From an uncultured Anaerolineae bacterium (lineage in GTDB: Bacteria; Chloroflexota; Anaerolineae; Anaerolineales; Villigracilaceae): DNA of 64,000 nucleotides. The position numbers were made by a program, and so were the translations under genes. Each line of letters starts with the position of its first letter. Position 1 is the stretch's first letter. Below the pieces are notes generated by a model. It was given only the letters and a program-made list of their open reading frames with translations, did no database searches and was not told the DNA's origin. Location: assembly GCA_903908605.1 (NCBI GenBank), contig CAIVSQ010000264.1, forward strand, positions 494 through 64,493, in the 5' to 3' direction. Of this stretch, positions 1 through 8,353 are shown in pieces.

Positions 1-420
1 AAAGCATTTGACCTGGGTGTGGATGATTACCTGACCAAGCCGTTTGGCACAGGTGAGCTGCTGGGGCGTGTAAAAGCAGTGTTACGACGGGCTCAGTGGG
101 CAGAAGTGCTTCCTGACTTGGAAACCATTGTGCGTGGGGAAATTTCTGCTGACCTGGTCCGCCATCAGATCACAGTCCGTGGAAACCTGATCGAGGCAAC
201 CCCGACCGAATTCAATTTGTTGGTTTATCTGATGAGAAATACAGGCAAGGTGTTGACACACCGCATGATTCTCCAGCATGTTTGGGGCCCAGAATATGGC
301 GAAGAATCGGAATACCTGCGGGTTTACATGGGTAAGTTACGCCAAAAGGTTGAAGAAGACGCCAACCATCCACGCTACATCCAAACTGCACGCGGAGTGG
401 GCTATCATTTTGAGAATTAG
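1..420 (+). CDS. kdpE: OmpR-family response regulator, C-terminal part (KdpE-like winged-helix DNA-binding domain); 5' end lies outside the window
   Basis: Frame 1 is open from base 1 (KAFDLGVDDYLTKPFG, the end of a receiver domain). It is followed by LLVYLMRNTGKVLTHRMILQHVWGP...EYLRVYMGKLRQKVEEDANHPRYIQTARGVGYHF, which closely resembles the E. coli KdpE effector domain. Confidence 0.75.
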   Translation, partial: KAFDLGVDDYLTKPFGTGELLGRVKAVLRRAQWAEVLPDLETIVRGEISADLVRHQITVRGNLIEATPTEFNLLVYLMRNTGKVLTHRMILQHVWGPEYGEESEYLRVYMGKLRQKVEEDANHPRYIQTARGVGYHFEN

Positions 421-604
421 CTGGTTATTACATCAGTAAACAATCGGTTTATTTATACAATATTTACAATTAATGGGAAATTTTTAGTCTTTTTTTGCAC
501 TCGCTCCTTAAAATGAAATCAGAGAAAACGTCCAGCTTTCTCTTGGACAAGCAGGGAGACCTGTCCACCCAATTTCTCGATCTTTTGCGCACGAGGAGAA
601 GACT

Positions 605-1915
605 ATGAAACGAACTGTCTACGCCGTATTATCATTACTGGTTCTTACCAGCTTGCTGCTGACGGCCTGCGGAGCTCCCGCTGCCACAGTAGCACCTGCG
701 GCACCGGCCGCTACCGACGCTCCAGCGGCCCCAGAACCGGCCAAAGCCACCGATGTTCCCGCTGCTGTTGAAAAAACGGCTGTCATTGGCTTCACAGCAT
801 CCCTCACAGGAAAACTGAATGTTGAATCGACCCGTCAGAACAATGGTTTTAAATTGTGGATGGATCAGGTCAATGCAGCCGGCGGTATCAAATTGGCTGA
901 TGGCAGCGTTTTAAAATTTACTTCCAAGTTCTACGATGATGAATCCAAGACAGATCGGGTGCAGGAACTGTACACCAAGCTGGTCACCGAGGATAAAGCC
1001 GATTTCCTGCTTAGCCCCTATTCTTCTGGTCTGGCTGATGCATCCGCAGTGATTGCTGAACAATATGGTAAGGTCATGATCACCACCGGTGCCGCCTCCG
1101 ACGGAACCTATAAAAAGGGCTACACTCTTGTTTACCAGGCTTACACCCCGGCCAGCCGCTACCTGACTGGCGCTTTGGATGCTTTGGCGAATGCAGATGC
1201 CAACGCTAAAAAATTGGCCATCATCCATGAAAATGACAAATTCTCCAGTGATGTGGCTGATAAACTCAAGACCTATGCAGAAGGCAAGGGCTATGAGATT
1301 GCCGTATACGAAGGGTATGACACCGGCACAACTGACTTTGCCCCAATTATCAACAAAATCCCCGCCGATGTGGATGCTGTGATGGGTGGCGGTCACTTTG
1401 CTGATGGCCAACAATTTGCCAAGGCAATGTCTGAAAAGGGCATCAAAGCAAAATTCATTACCCTGTTGGTTGCTCCCCCTGAACCCAAGTTCGCTGAAAT
1501 CGGTGACGCTGCCGTTGGTATCGTTGGCCCCAGCCAATGGGAACCACAGGCCGCTTTTACCCCTGATTACGGTTCCACTGGCGCTGATTTTATCGCCGCT
1601 TACAAAGCTGCTTACAACGAAGACCCCTCTTACCATGCCGCTGGTGGTTATGTGGCAGCCTTGATCCTTCAAAAAGCCATTGAAACTGCTGGTTCGCTGG
1701 ATACTGAGGCTGTAAAAGCTGCCCTGGATGCCACCAACATGGTTACTTTCTTCGGACCGATCAAATTCGACACCAGTGCAGAAGCCCATGGCCTACAAAC
1801 TGGCCATGAAATGATCTTTATCCAGTGGCAAAAAGATGCCGCTGGTGCTCTTGCCAAGCAAGTAATCTGGCCGCTGGCTGGCAAGACTGCTGACCTTGTG
1901 TACCCCGCTCGCTAA
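605..1915 (+). CDS. ABC transporter substrate-binding lipoprotein, branched-chain amino acid (LivJ/LivK-like, type I periplasmic binding fold)
   Basis: GGAG RBS lies upstream of the ATG. It has a signal peptide with lipobox LLTAC followed by an Ala/Pro-rich linker. The length and sequence are Leu/Ile/Val-binding-protein-like, and it is the first gene of a livHMGF-type operon. Confidence 0.85.
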   Translation: MKRTVYAVLSLLVLTSLLLTACGAPAATVAPAAPAATDAPAAPEPAKATDVPAAVEKTAVIGFTASLTGKLNVESTRQNNGFKLWMDQVNAAGGIKLADGSVLKFTSKFYDDESKTDRVQELYTKLVTEDKADFLLSPYSSGLADASAVIAEQYGKVMITTGAASDGTYKKGYTLVYQAYTPASRYLTGALDALANADANAKKLAIIHENDKFSSDVADKLKTYAEGKGYEIAVYEGYDTGTTDFAPIINKIPADVDAVMGGGHFADGQQFAKAMSEKGIKAKFITLLVAPPEPKFAEIGDAAVGIVGPSQWEPQAAFTPDYGSTGADFIAAYKAAYNEDPSYHAAGGYVAALILQKAIETAGSLDTEAVKAALDATNMVTFFGPIKFDTSAEAHGLQTGHEMIFIQWQKDAAGALAKQVIWPLAGKTADLVYPAR

Positions 1916-1930
1916 ATGAACTGAGTTTTC

Positions 1931-1963
1931 CTCCTACAGGCGCGCATTGCGCGCCTGTAGGAG
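1931..1963 (+). terminator. GC-rich hairpin between the binding-protein gene and the permease genes (partial terminator or mRNA stabiliser)
   Basis: Inverted repeat ctcctacaggcgcg / cgcgcctgtaggag (14 bp stem, 5 nt loop), followed by tgtttct. Confidence 0.4.
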
Positions 1964-2041
1964 TGTTTCTGAATAGTCTTACGCCGGTTATTGACCAAAA
2001 CAACACTGGTCCCTGTTTTTCGTACGGGAAAGGAGCGTTCA

Positions 2042-2905
2042 ATGGATTTGGGCAGCCTGAGTACATCGCTGATTGATGGCTTGCTAATTGGCGTGGTTTA
2101 CGGAATTACCGCCATGGGTCTGAACCTGATCTGGGGCGTTATGCGCGTTATCAATCTCGCCCATGGGGCGATTATTGCGTTGGGTATGTTCGGTGTCTAC
2201 CTCATTTTCAGCGTATGGGGCATCAACCCTTACATTGCATTGGGTATGGTGGCAATCCTGGGGTTATTGCTCGGGATTGTGATTTATTACCTGACCATTG
2301 GAAACATGGTTAATGCGCCGCACCTTTCTACCCTGTTGGCAACATTTTCCATCAATATGGTCATCATTGGGCTGGGAACCGCCGCTTTCAGCACTTCACC
2401 ACGCGATTCAGGGTATTCATTGGGTTCTGTAGAAATGGGATTTCTACGCTTGCAAAATACTCGCCTGGTGGCTGCGCTGATAACGCTGGTGGTTACCGGC
2501 GCGTTATACTTTTTTCTCTACCGCACCCGGCCTGGCAAATATATTCGTGCTGTCTCGAACAATCGCGCTGCAGCTGAGTTAATGGGTATCCCGGCGTCAC
2601 GTATTCTGGCATTAAGTTTTGGTATCGGAACCATGTTGGCCGCCATTGCCGGAGGGCTGATTGCCACATTCTTCTCCTTCACAATTCTCTCTGGCGATGT
2701 TTACCAACAAAAAAGCTTCGTTATCGGTGTACTGGGTGGGCTGGGAAATCCGCTCGGGGCCTTGCTGGGGGGATTGATTTTAGGTGCGCTTGAAGGAATC
2801 TTGCCACTGGCAATGCCAAACACTTGGGTCCCGGTGATTGAATTCATTTTGTTTGTGGTTATCCTGCTCGTCAAGCCTAGCGGTCTGTTAGGAGGCAAGA
2901 AATGA
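2042..2905 (+). CDS. livH: Branched-chain amino acid ABC transporter permease (LivH family)
   Basis: Multi-pass membrane protein of the LivH type. The ATG at 2042 is preceded by AAGGAG, whereas the track start at 1991 is a TTG without an RBS. Confidence 0.85.
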   Translation: MDLGSLSTSLIDGLLIGVVYGITAMGLNLIWGVMRVINLAHGAIIALGMFGVYLIFSVWGINPYIALGMVAILGLLLGIVIYYLTIGNMVNAPHLSTLLATFSINMVIIGLGTAAFSTSPRDSGYSLGSVEMGFLRLQNTRLVAALITLVVTGALYFFLYRTRPGKYIRAVSNNRAAAELMGIPASRILALSFGIGTMLAAIAGGLIATFFSFTILSGDVYQQKSFVIGVLGGLGNPLGALLGGLILGALEGILPLAMPNTWVPVIEFILFVVILLVKPSGLLGGKK

Positions 2906-3888
2906 TCCAATGGAAGAATATGGGATTATGGCTGGCGCTTGCCATCGTAATCGGATTCGGTTTTTGGCCGATTATTACCGGGAGTGCGGCTGGGCGGGAA
3001 ACCGGTTTTACCATCCTGCTGGCAATTGTGATGGCTAGCAGCCTGAATATTGTCATGGGCTATACCGGATATGTCAGTTTTGGGCATGTGGTTTTTTATG
3101 GTCTGGGCGGATATGTGGGTATGTATGCTCTTTCTACGCTGGGTTGGCCGCTGCCGATTGCAGTGTTGGCTGGGGGCGCAGGTTCGGCGTTGCTGGCTTT
3201 TTTATTAGGGAAAGCCATCTTGCGATTACGCGGCTCGTATTTTGCCCTGGCAACAATTGGGGTAAATGAAGCTGCCCGCACCTTTGTGGCTAATTTCACT
3301 CCGTTTGGGGCTGCCACCGGCATTGAATTGCAGTTTTCCATCTATAAAACCTATGGGGGAGCTATGCAAGCCCTCTGGTTGACTTATTATGCGGTGGTGG
3401 CTATCGCCATATTTGCAGTGTTGTTCAGCTTTATTATCAAAAACAGCAAATTTGGCTTGAGCCTGATGTCGATCCGTGAGGATGAAGATGCCGCCGAGGT
3501 CATGGGCATCGTGACACCCAACGCCAAGGCCATGGCTTTCATCCTGTCTGCGGTCTTGCCGGGGATGCTTGGTACGCTCTTCTTTTTCAAAAATGGAAAC
3601 GTAGAGCCTGGTGACGCTTTCCGCTTGGGGTTTTCAATTGAATCATTGGTGATGATTATGTTGGGTGGGCAGGGAACGGTTTTAGGCCCGGTCCTGGGTG
3701 CGCTCGGCTACCAACGTCTGCGCAGTATATTGCTCACCAGTGACGTAACCCTCGGTAGTTTTGCCCTGAAAGATTTCCAACTGGTCATTTCTGGCTTGCT
3801 AATGCTGATGATTATTTTGTTTATTCCTGGTGGGTTGGTCGGCTGGTTGCGTCAGCGCTTTCCAAGGCTGAGGAGGGTGCTGGCATGA
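2902..3888 (+). CDS. livM: Branched-chain amino acid ABC transporter permease (LivM family)
   Basis: ATGA start/stop overlap with livH and a GGAGG RBS. Polytopic membrane protein with LivM-like sequence. Confidence 0.85.
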   Translation: MIQWKNMGLWLALAIVIGFGFWPIITGSAAGRETGFTILLAIVMASSLNIVMGYTGYVSFGHVVFYGLGGYVGMYALSTLGWPLPIAVLAGGAGSALLAFLLGKAILRLRGSYFALATIGVNEAARTFVANFTPFGAATGIELQFSIYKTYGGAMQALWLTYYAVVAIAIFAVLFSFIIKNSKFGLSLMSIREDEDAAEVMGIVTPNAKAMAFILSAVLPGMLGTLFFFKNGNVEPGDAFRLGFSIESLVMIMLGGQGTVLGPVLGALGYQRLRSILLTSDVTLGSFALKDFQLVISGLLMLMIILFIPGGLVGWLRQRFPRLRRVLA

Positions 3889-4637
3889 CGCTAATATTAC
3901 AGGTCGAAAATGTCACCAAGCGCTTTGGCGGTTTACAGGCACTCACAAAAGTCACCCTGGACTTGGTTCAAGGTCAGATTTTGGGGTTGATAGGGCCTAA
4001 CGGCGCAGGCAAGACCACCTTATTCAACACGATCAATGGCGTCTACCAGCCTGATGAAGGCCGCATCCGTTTCTTGGGCAAGGATGTAACCGGCGCGAAA
4101 CCTTATGATCTGGCACGCATGGGGATGGCACGCACCCATCAGATTGTGCGCCCACTCAATGAGTTGACCGTGCGCGAAAATGTCATGGCTGGCGCTTGTT
4201 TCGGACATGAAAACCATGGTCTTTCTGCTGCCTTTCGAATTGCCAATGAGGTCTTGTCATTCGCCGGGCTGGCAGCGCGGGCAGACCAATTGGCCGGCAG
4301 CCTGAACGTGGCGCAGAAAAAACGTCTGGAAATGGCGCGCGCCCTCGCAGCCCATCCTAAACTCCTGTTGTTGGATGAAGTTTTGGCTGGGTTAACACCT
4401 TCTGAAATTGATGGCATGGTCAGCACCATCCTGAAAATTCGAGAACAGGGTGTTACCATCATTATGATCGAGCATGTAATGAAGGCCATCATGAATGTTT
4501 CAGATCAAATTTATGTTTTGGAATACGGGCAGCAAATTGCGGAAGGCAAACCCGAAGAGGTGGTACGTAATCCGCGCGTGGTGGAAGCCTATTTGGGTGA
4601 TCCACAGATGGCCAAACGGCTGATGGAGGCTGGCTGA
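3885..4637 (+). CDS. livG: Branched-chain amino acid ABC transporter ATP-binding protein (LivG family)
   Basis: Walker A GPNGAGKTT, ABC signature region and Walker B LLLLDE. There is a 4-nt overlap with livM. Confidence 0.9.
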   Translation: MTLILQVENVTKRFGGLQALTKVTLDLVQGQILGLIGPNGAGKTTLFNTINGVYQPDEGRIRFLGKDVTGAKPYDLARMGMARTHQIVRPLNELTVRENVMAGACFGHENHGLSAAFRIANEVLSFAGLAARADQLAGSLNVAQKKRLEMARALAAHPKLLLLDEVLAGLTPSEIDGMVSTILKIREQGVTIIMIEHVMKAIMNVSDQIYVLEYGQQIAEGKPEEVVRNPRVVEAYLGDPQMAKRLMEAG

Positions 4638-4638
4638 T

Positions 4639-5349
4639 ATGTCCCTTCTAGAAGTTCGCAACATCGAATCCGGTTATGGAGAAGTGCAGATTCTCTGGGG
4701 TGCAAGCCTGAGCCCACAGGATGGCAAACTAACCAGCCTGGTGGGTGGCAACGGGGTGGGGAAAACTACTGCATTGCGCACCATTATGGGACTAAATCGT
4801 GCATGGAAGGGCTCGATCACTTTTGATGGAAAAGATATCACCCACACCCCGGCATACACCAAGGCTGAATTGGGTATCGTCCTTGTTCCGGAAGGGCGTC
4901 AGTTGTTCACCGACATGACCATTTATGAAAATCTTGAGATGGGTGCCACCAATAAGCGCGCGAGTGCCAAGTTTAAGGAAAACCTCGAACGCGTTTACAC
5001 CATGTTTCCAAGGTTAAAAGAACGCGCCACCCAAAAAGCCGGCACCCTTTCGGGTGGTGAACAGCAAATGGTGGCTGTCAGCCGTGGGCTGATGGCAGAT
5101 CCACGCATCCTGATGATCGATGAGCTTTCGTTAGGCTTGGCGCCTGTTTTGACTCTGCAATTATTTGAGAGCTTGCGTGATCTACGCAAACAAGGCTTGA
5201 CCATTCTATTGGTCGAGCAAAATGTTCAAATGGCGTTGGCTGTCAGCGACTATGCCTATGTTTTCTCAGAAGGGAAAACCGAGATGGAAGGTTCTGCCCG
5301 CGAATTGATGAATAATGAACATATCCGTGCTTCGTACCTGGGTTTGTGA
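4639..5349 (+). CDS. livF: Branched-chain amino acid ABC transporter ATP-binding protein (LivF family)
   Basis: Walker A GGNGVGKTT, signature LSGGEQQ and Walker B ILMIDE. It starts 1 nt after the livG stop. Confidence 0.9.
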   Translation: MSLLEVRNIESGYGEVQILWGASLSPQDGKLTSLVGGNGVGKTTALRTIMGLNRAWKGSITFDGKDITHTPAYTKAELGIVLVPEGRQLFTDMTIYENLEMGATNKRASAKFKENLERVYTMFPRLKERATQKAGTLSGGEQQMVAVSRGLMADPRILMIDELSLGLAPVLTLQLFESLRDLRKQGLTILLVEQNVQMALAVSDYAYVFSEGKTEMEGSARELMNNEHIRASYLGL

Positions 5350-6006
5350 GTTTTGCGGTTGAGTAAATACATGGAAACGGATCCTGATCAATTTATGCTG
5401 TTGTGAGCCAGGTTTGTGAAGATAATTTTCATGTCGGGTGGGCGAATTTTGACCAACTCTAGTGAAAAATTGAAGAACAGATATTGCTCCCGGTTATTCG
5501 CTGGTTCCGACATGGCTGACAATTCTTGAAAACCGGGATGCAACAAACCCCGAAGCGACCACTTGGGCAGTTTTCCTATGAAATAAAGGAACCTGCAGCA
5601 GGTGGTCGCTATTTGGTTAATACCCAGTTTGGGCAATTACCCCCACTAAGCTATTGGTAAAATTTGGATATCAACTCGTTTGAAATCAATACCCCAATGT
5701 TGGTTCTGATGGGATTGGTTCAAAGCTGGTTTTGCACTGCGTAAATCCATGTGCCGCACTGCCCACCACATCCATCCTATGAAAACGCTTGTCAGTTCTT
5801 CCTGTGTGCGACCTAAGCAATACAGAGCCAGGGCGTTGGTCCTTTGTCATTCCTGGTGCATTCGTCTTGTTTTGAGTTGCTAAAATAAAAGCCAAAAAGA
5901 CCGCCAGCCGCGATATTATATACAAAAGCTGAAATGGATCGAATTGGATCAGGAAATGATTTACCGCCCAGGTTTGGATATATTTTTGTGCGACGAACAT
6001 GCTCAC

Positions 6007-6609
6007 CTAACGATATATTCGATTCTTTTGAATAAAATCGTACACGTCGGCGGGCAGGTAATAGCGATAGTGGCCCTTGTTGGCGATGCGTTCTCGAATG
6101 GATGAGGACGAAATTTCCAGCTGGGGGGTTTCAAAAAAGCGCAGCTTGTTTTTCAGACCAGGCAGGCTGTCTTCAAGCGCACTTAAGTCAAAAACAGCCC
6201 CAGGGCGCCGCATAACTCCAAAGGAATGAACTGCGGTTACCAGTTCTTCGGGACGGTTCCAGGTGGGCAGGTCGCGTAGTGAATCGCCGCCAATCAACAG
6301 AACTAACCGCGAGGTAGGGTTTCGAATTTGCAGCAGGTCAATTGTATCAAGGGTGTAGTGTGGGCCTGGACGGTCGCTTTCGATCGTTGATAGCTCAAAG
6401 ACCGGATTGTTTGCAATCACCCTGCGCGTCATCTCTATGCGTTGGTAGACATTGGTAATTGGCAGGTTGGGTTTGTGAGGCGGTTCAGGTGTTACCACCC
6501 ATAATACGCGGTCAAGTTGAAGCTGGCTGAGTGCCTCGGCAGCTAAAATTAAATGCCCAATGTGAGGGGGGTCAAAGGTTCCGCCAAAAACACCAATCGA
6601 TTCAGCCAT
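6007..6609 (-). CDS. nadD: Nicotinate-nucleotide adenylyltransferase
   Basis: GVFGGTFDPPHIGHL (the (H/T)xGH nucleotidyltransferase motif) and the C-terminal ISSSxIR motif. The ATG at 6609 gives a typical N-terminus; the track start at 6633 is a TTG. Confidence 0.85.
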   Translation of the reverse strand: MAESIGVFGGTFDPPHIGHLILAAEALSQLQLDRVLWVVTPEPPHKPNLPITNVYQRIEMTRRVIANNPVFELSTIESDRPGPHYTLDTIDLLQIRNPTSRLVLLIGGDSLRDLPTWNRPEELVTAVHSFGVMRRPGAVFDLSALEDSLPGLKNKLRFFETPQLEISSSSIRERIANKGHYRYYLPADVYDFIQKNRIYR

Positions 6610-6790
6610 GGTCAAAGTATACCCCGATTTCAACCAGCTCGTTTGGAGGGCTTACAGCATGTGTCTTTTTTTTCATACTGCCTTCCTATTGTTTTGATGA
6701 TCTCATCTATGTATAATTTATTAGCCTTATTTTTACCCAGTTTGACGGAATAAAATATTCATCCACTTTTTGAACTCATCGGAGATTCCA

Positions 6791-8224
6791 ATGACTATCG
6801 TACAGTATTCCCAGACAGATCCTCAATGGAAGAGCAAGGTGCTTGGGTTTGACAAAACCTCTACCATTGGCGCCTTTGGGTGTTTGCTGACCAGCATGTC
6901 CATGTGTGCCTCCTATTACGGGGATTCCACCTTGAACCCGGCGGTCTTGAATGACAAGATGAAAGCCATTGGCGGTTTTCAGGCTGGCACGGCATTTATT
7001 GTGGCCTGGATGATTGGTAAAGTGGTGCCCGGCATGAGCCTGGATTATCGCGCCTGCAAGGGGGCTTCAGCTCCCATGGCTGAGATTGATGCCAACCTTG
7101 CCCAGGGCAGACCAGTCATAATTGAGGTGGACTGGTCGCCACAAGCTGGCGTGCAGACACACTACATGCTGTTGTATTCCAAATCAGGCAGTGATTACCT
7201 TGTCTATGATCCTTATCCGTATCCTACCAGCAGTGGCCAGATTAAGCTTTCGGCATCAAAATACGCTACCGTGGCGGGCACTATAGACCCGGCCAGGATA
7301 ATCACGGGGCTGTTTTTCAGCCGTGGTGCAGCGCCTGTTACGCCTGTTCCCCCACCCAACCTGGATAAGGGTGTGGTGGCCAGTTTCCCCGTTTTTGCCT
7401 CGGCGGATGAACTGGCTTTACGATCTCAGCCGGTCATTGCCGATTACACCCTGCTCAAACGTTATCCTGCCAACACGGAATTCAAAATCCTTGAGGCGGA
7501 TGCCAGTGCAGGACCCAAGGTGGGTGCCCAAAATACCTGGTTACCAGTGAAGGCCGCAGATGGAAGCCAGGGTTATGTGGCCGCCTGGCTTGTTTCTAAA
7601 ACAAAAACCGGGCAAGCGCCCGCCCCGGGAACACCACCAGCGGTAGTGCCGGTTCCAAAAGATGCTCCAGTGGTTAAAACCAGTGTGGACGCGCTTAAAT
7701 TGCGTTCCAAACCTGACAGCACTGATGCGACCATTCTGAAGCTTTACCCAATTGGCACTGAGTTGAAAGTGCTCGAATCCGCCGCGGAAGCAAAGCGAAA
7801 AGTGGGTGTCAATTTTGAATGGCTCAAAGTGTCCGATGTAACTGGCAGCCAGGGGGTTGTGGCAGCCTGGTATGTTTCAATTGTCAGCCTGGGTGTATTT
7901 GGCCCCGAGGCGCAACGTGAAACCGCCGGTCCAAGTTTTTCCCTGGATGCAGAGGTTCAGCCCGTGCTCTTGCGAACCACTGAAGATCAGGTAGCCATGC
8001 GTAGCAAACCCTTCATTTCCGCCCATACCTTGATTCAACGCTTGCCCAAGGATACCGAATTGATTGCCCTGGGAAAACCCGAAACCAATATGAAAAAGCT
8101 TGGTCGCAGCGGTAAATGGATCCGTGTGAAAGATGTAAGGGGTAACCGAGGTTATGTGGCAGCCTGGTTGCTCAAAGAGCGCCCTGAGGCTCCGCTGCCT
8201 GCGGTTGCTCCCAGCGATTGCTAG
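6791..8224 (+). CDS. Papain-fold C39-like peptidase domain followed by three bacterial SH3 (SH3b) repeats; no signal peptide
   Basis: GGAGA RBS lies 5 nt before the ATG at 6791. The N-terminal QWKSK..GAFGCLLTSMSM (Cys) ... THYMLLY (His) ... VYDPY arrangement is typical of the peptidase_C39-like family. Three repeats of the type LxLRSxP....L..h....E..VLE......G....WLxVxD..G.xGYVAAWhh follow. Confidence 0.7.
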   Translation: MTIVQYSQTDPQWKSKVLGFDKTSTIGAFGCLLTSMSMCASYYGDSTLNPAVLNDKMKAIGGFQAGTAFIVAWMIGKVVPGMSLDYRACKGASAPMAEIDANLAQGRPVIIEVDWSPQAGVQTHYMLLYSKSGSDYLVYDPYPYPTSSGQIKLSASKYATVAGTIDPARIITGLFFSRGAAPVTPVPPPNLDKGVVASFPVFASADELALRSQPVIADYTLLKRYPANTEFKILEADASAGPKVGAQNTWLPVKAADGSQGYVAAWLVSKTKTGQAPAPGTPPAVVPVPKDAPVVKTSVDALKLRSKPDSTDATILKLYPIGTELKVLESAAEAKRKVGVNFEWLKVSDVTGSQGVVAAWYVSIVSLGVFGPEAQRETAGPSFSLDAEVQPVLLRTTEDQVAMRSKPFISAHTLIQRLPKDTELIALGKPETNMKKLGRSGKWIRVKDVRGNRGYVAAWLLKERPEAPLPAVAPSDC

Positions 8225-8241
8225 GTGCAGATTTGAAAATA

Positions 8242-8265
8242 TACCAGGCCGAATTCGGCCTGGTA
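8242..8265 (+). terminator. Perfect 24-nt palindrome or hairpin downstream of the SH3b gene
   Basis: taccaggccgaattcggcctggta is fully self-complementary. No clear T-run follows. Confidence 0.35.
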
Positions 8266-8353
8266 CTCGCAGCGGGATACACCTGTCATCATCTGCGCGA
8301 GATACGCTTCAGTGAAGCAACCCATGTACTTGTTTTAACAGATGGAGGTATCG

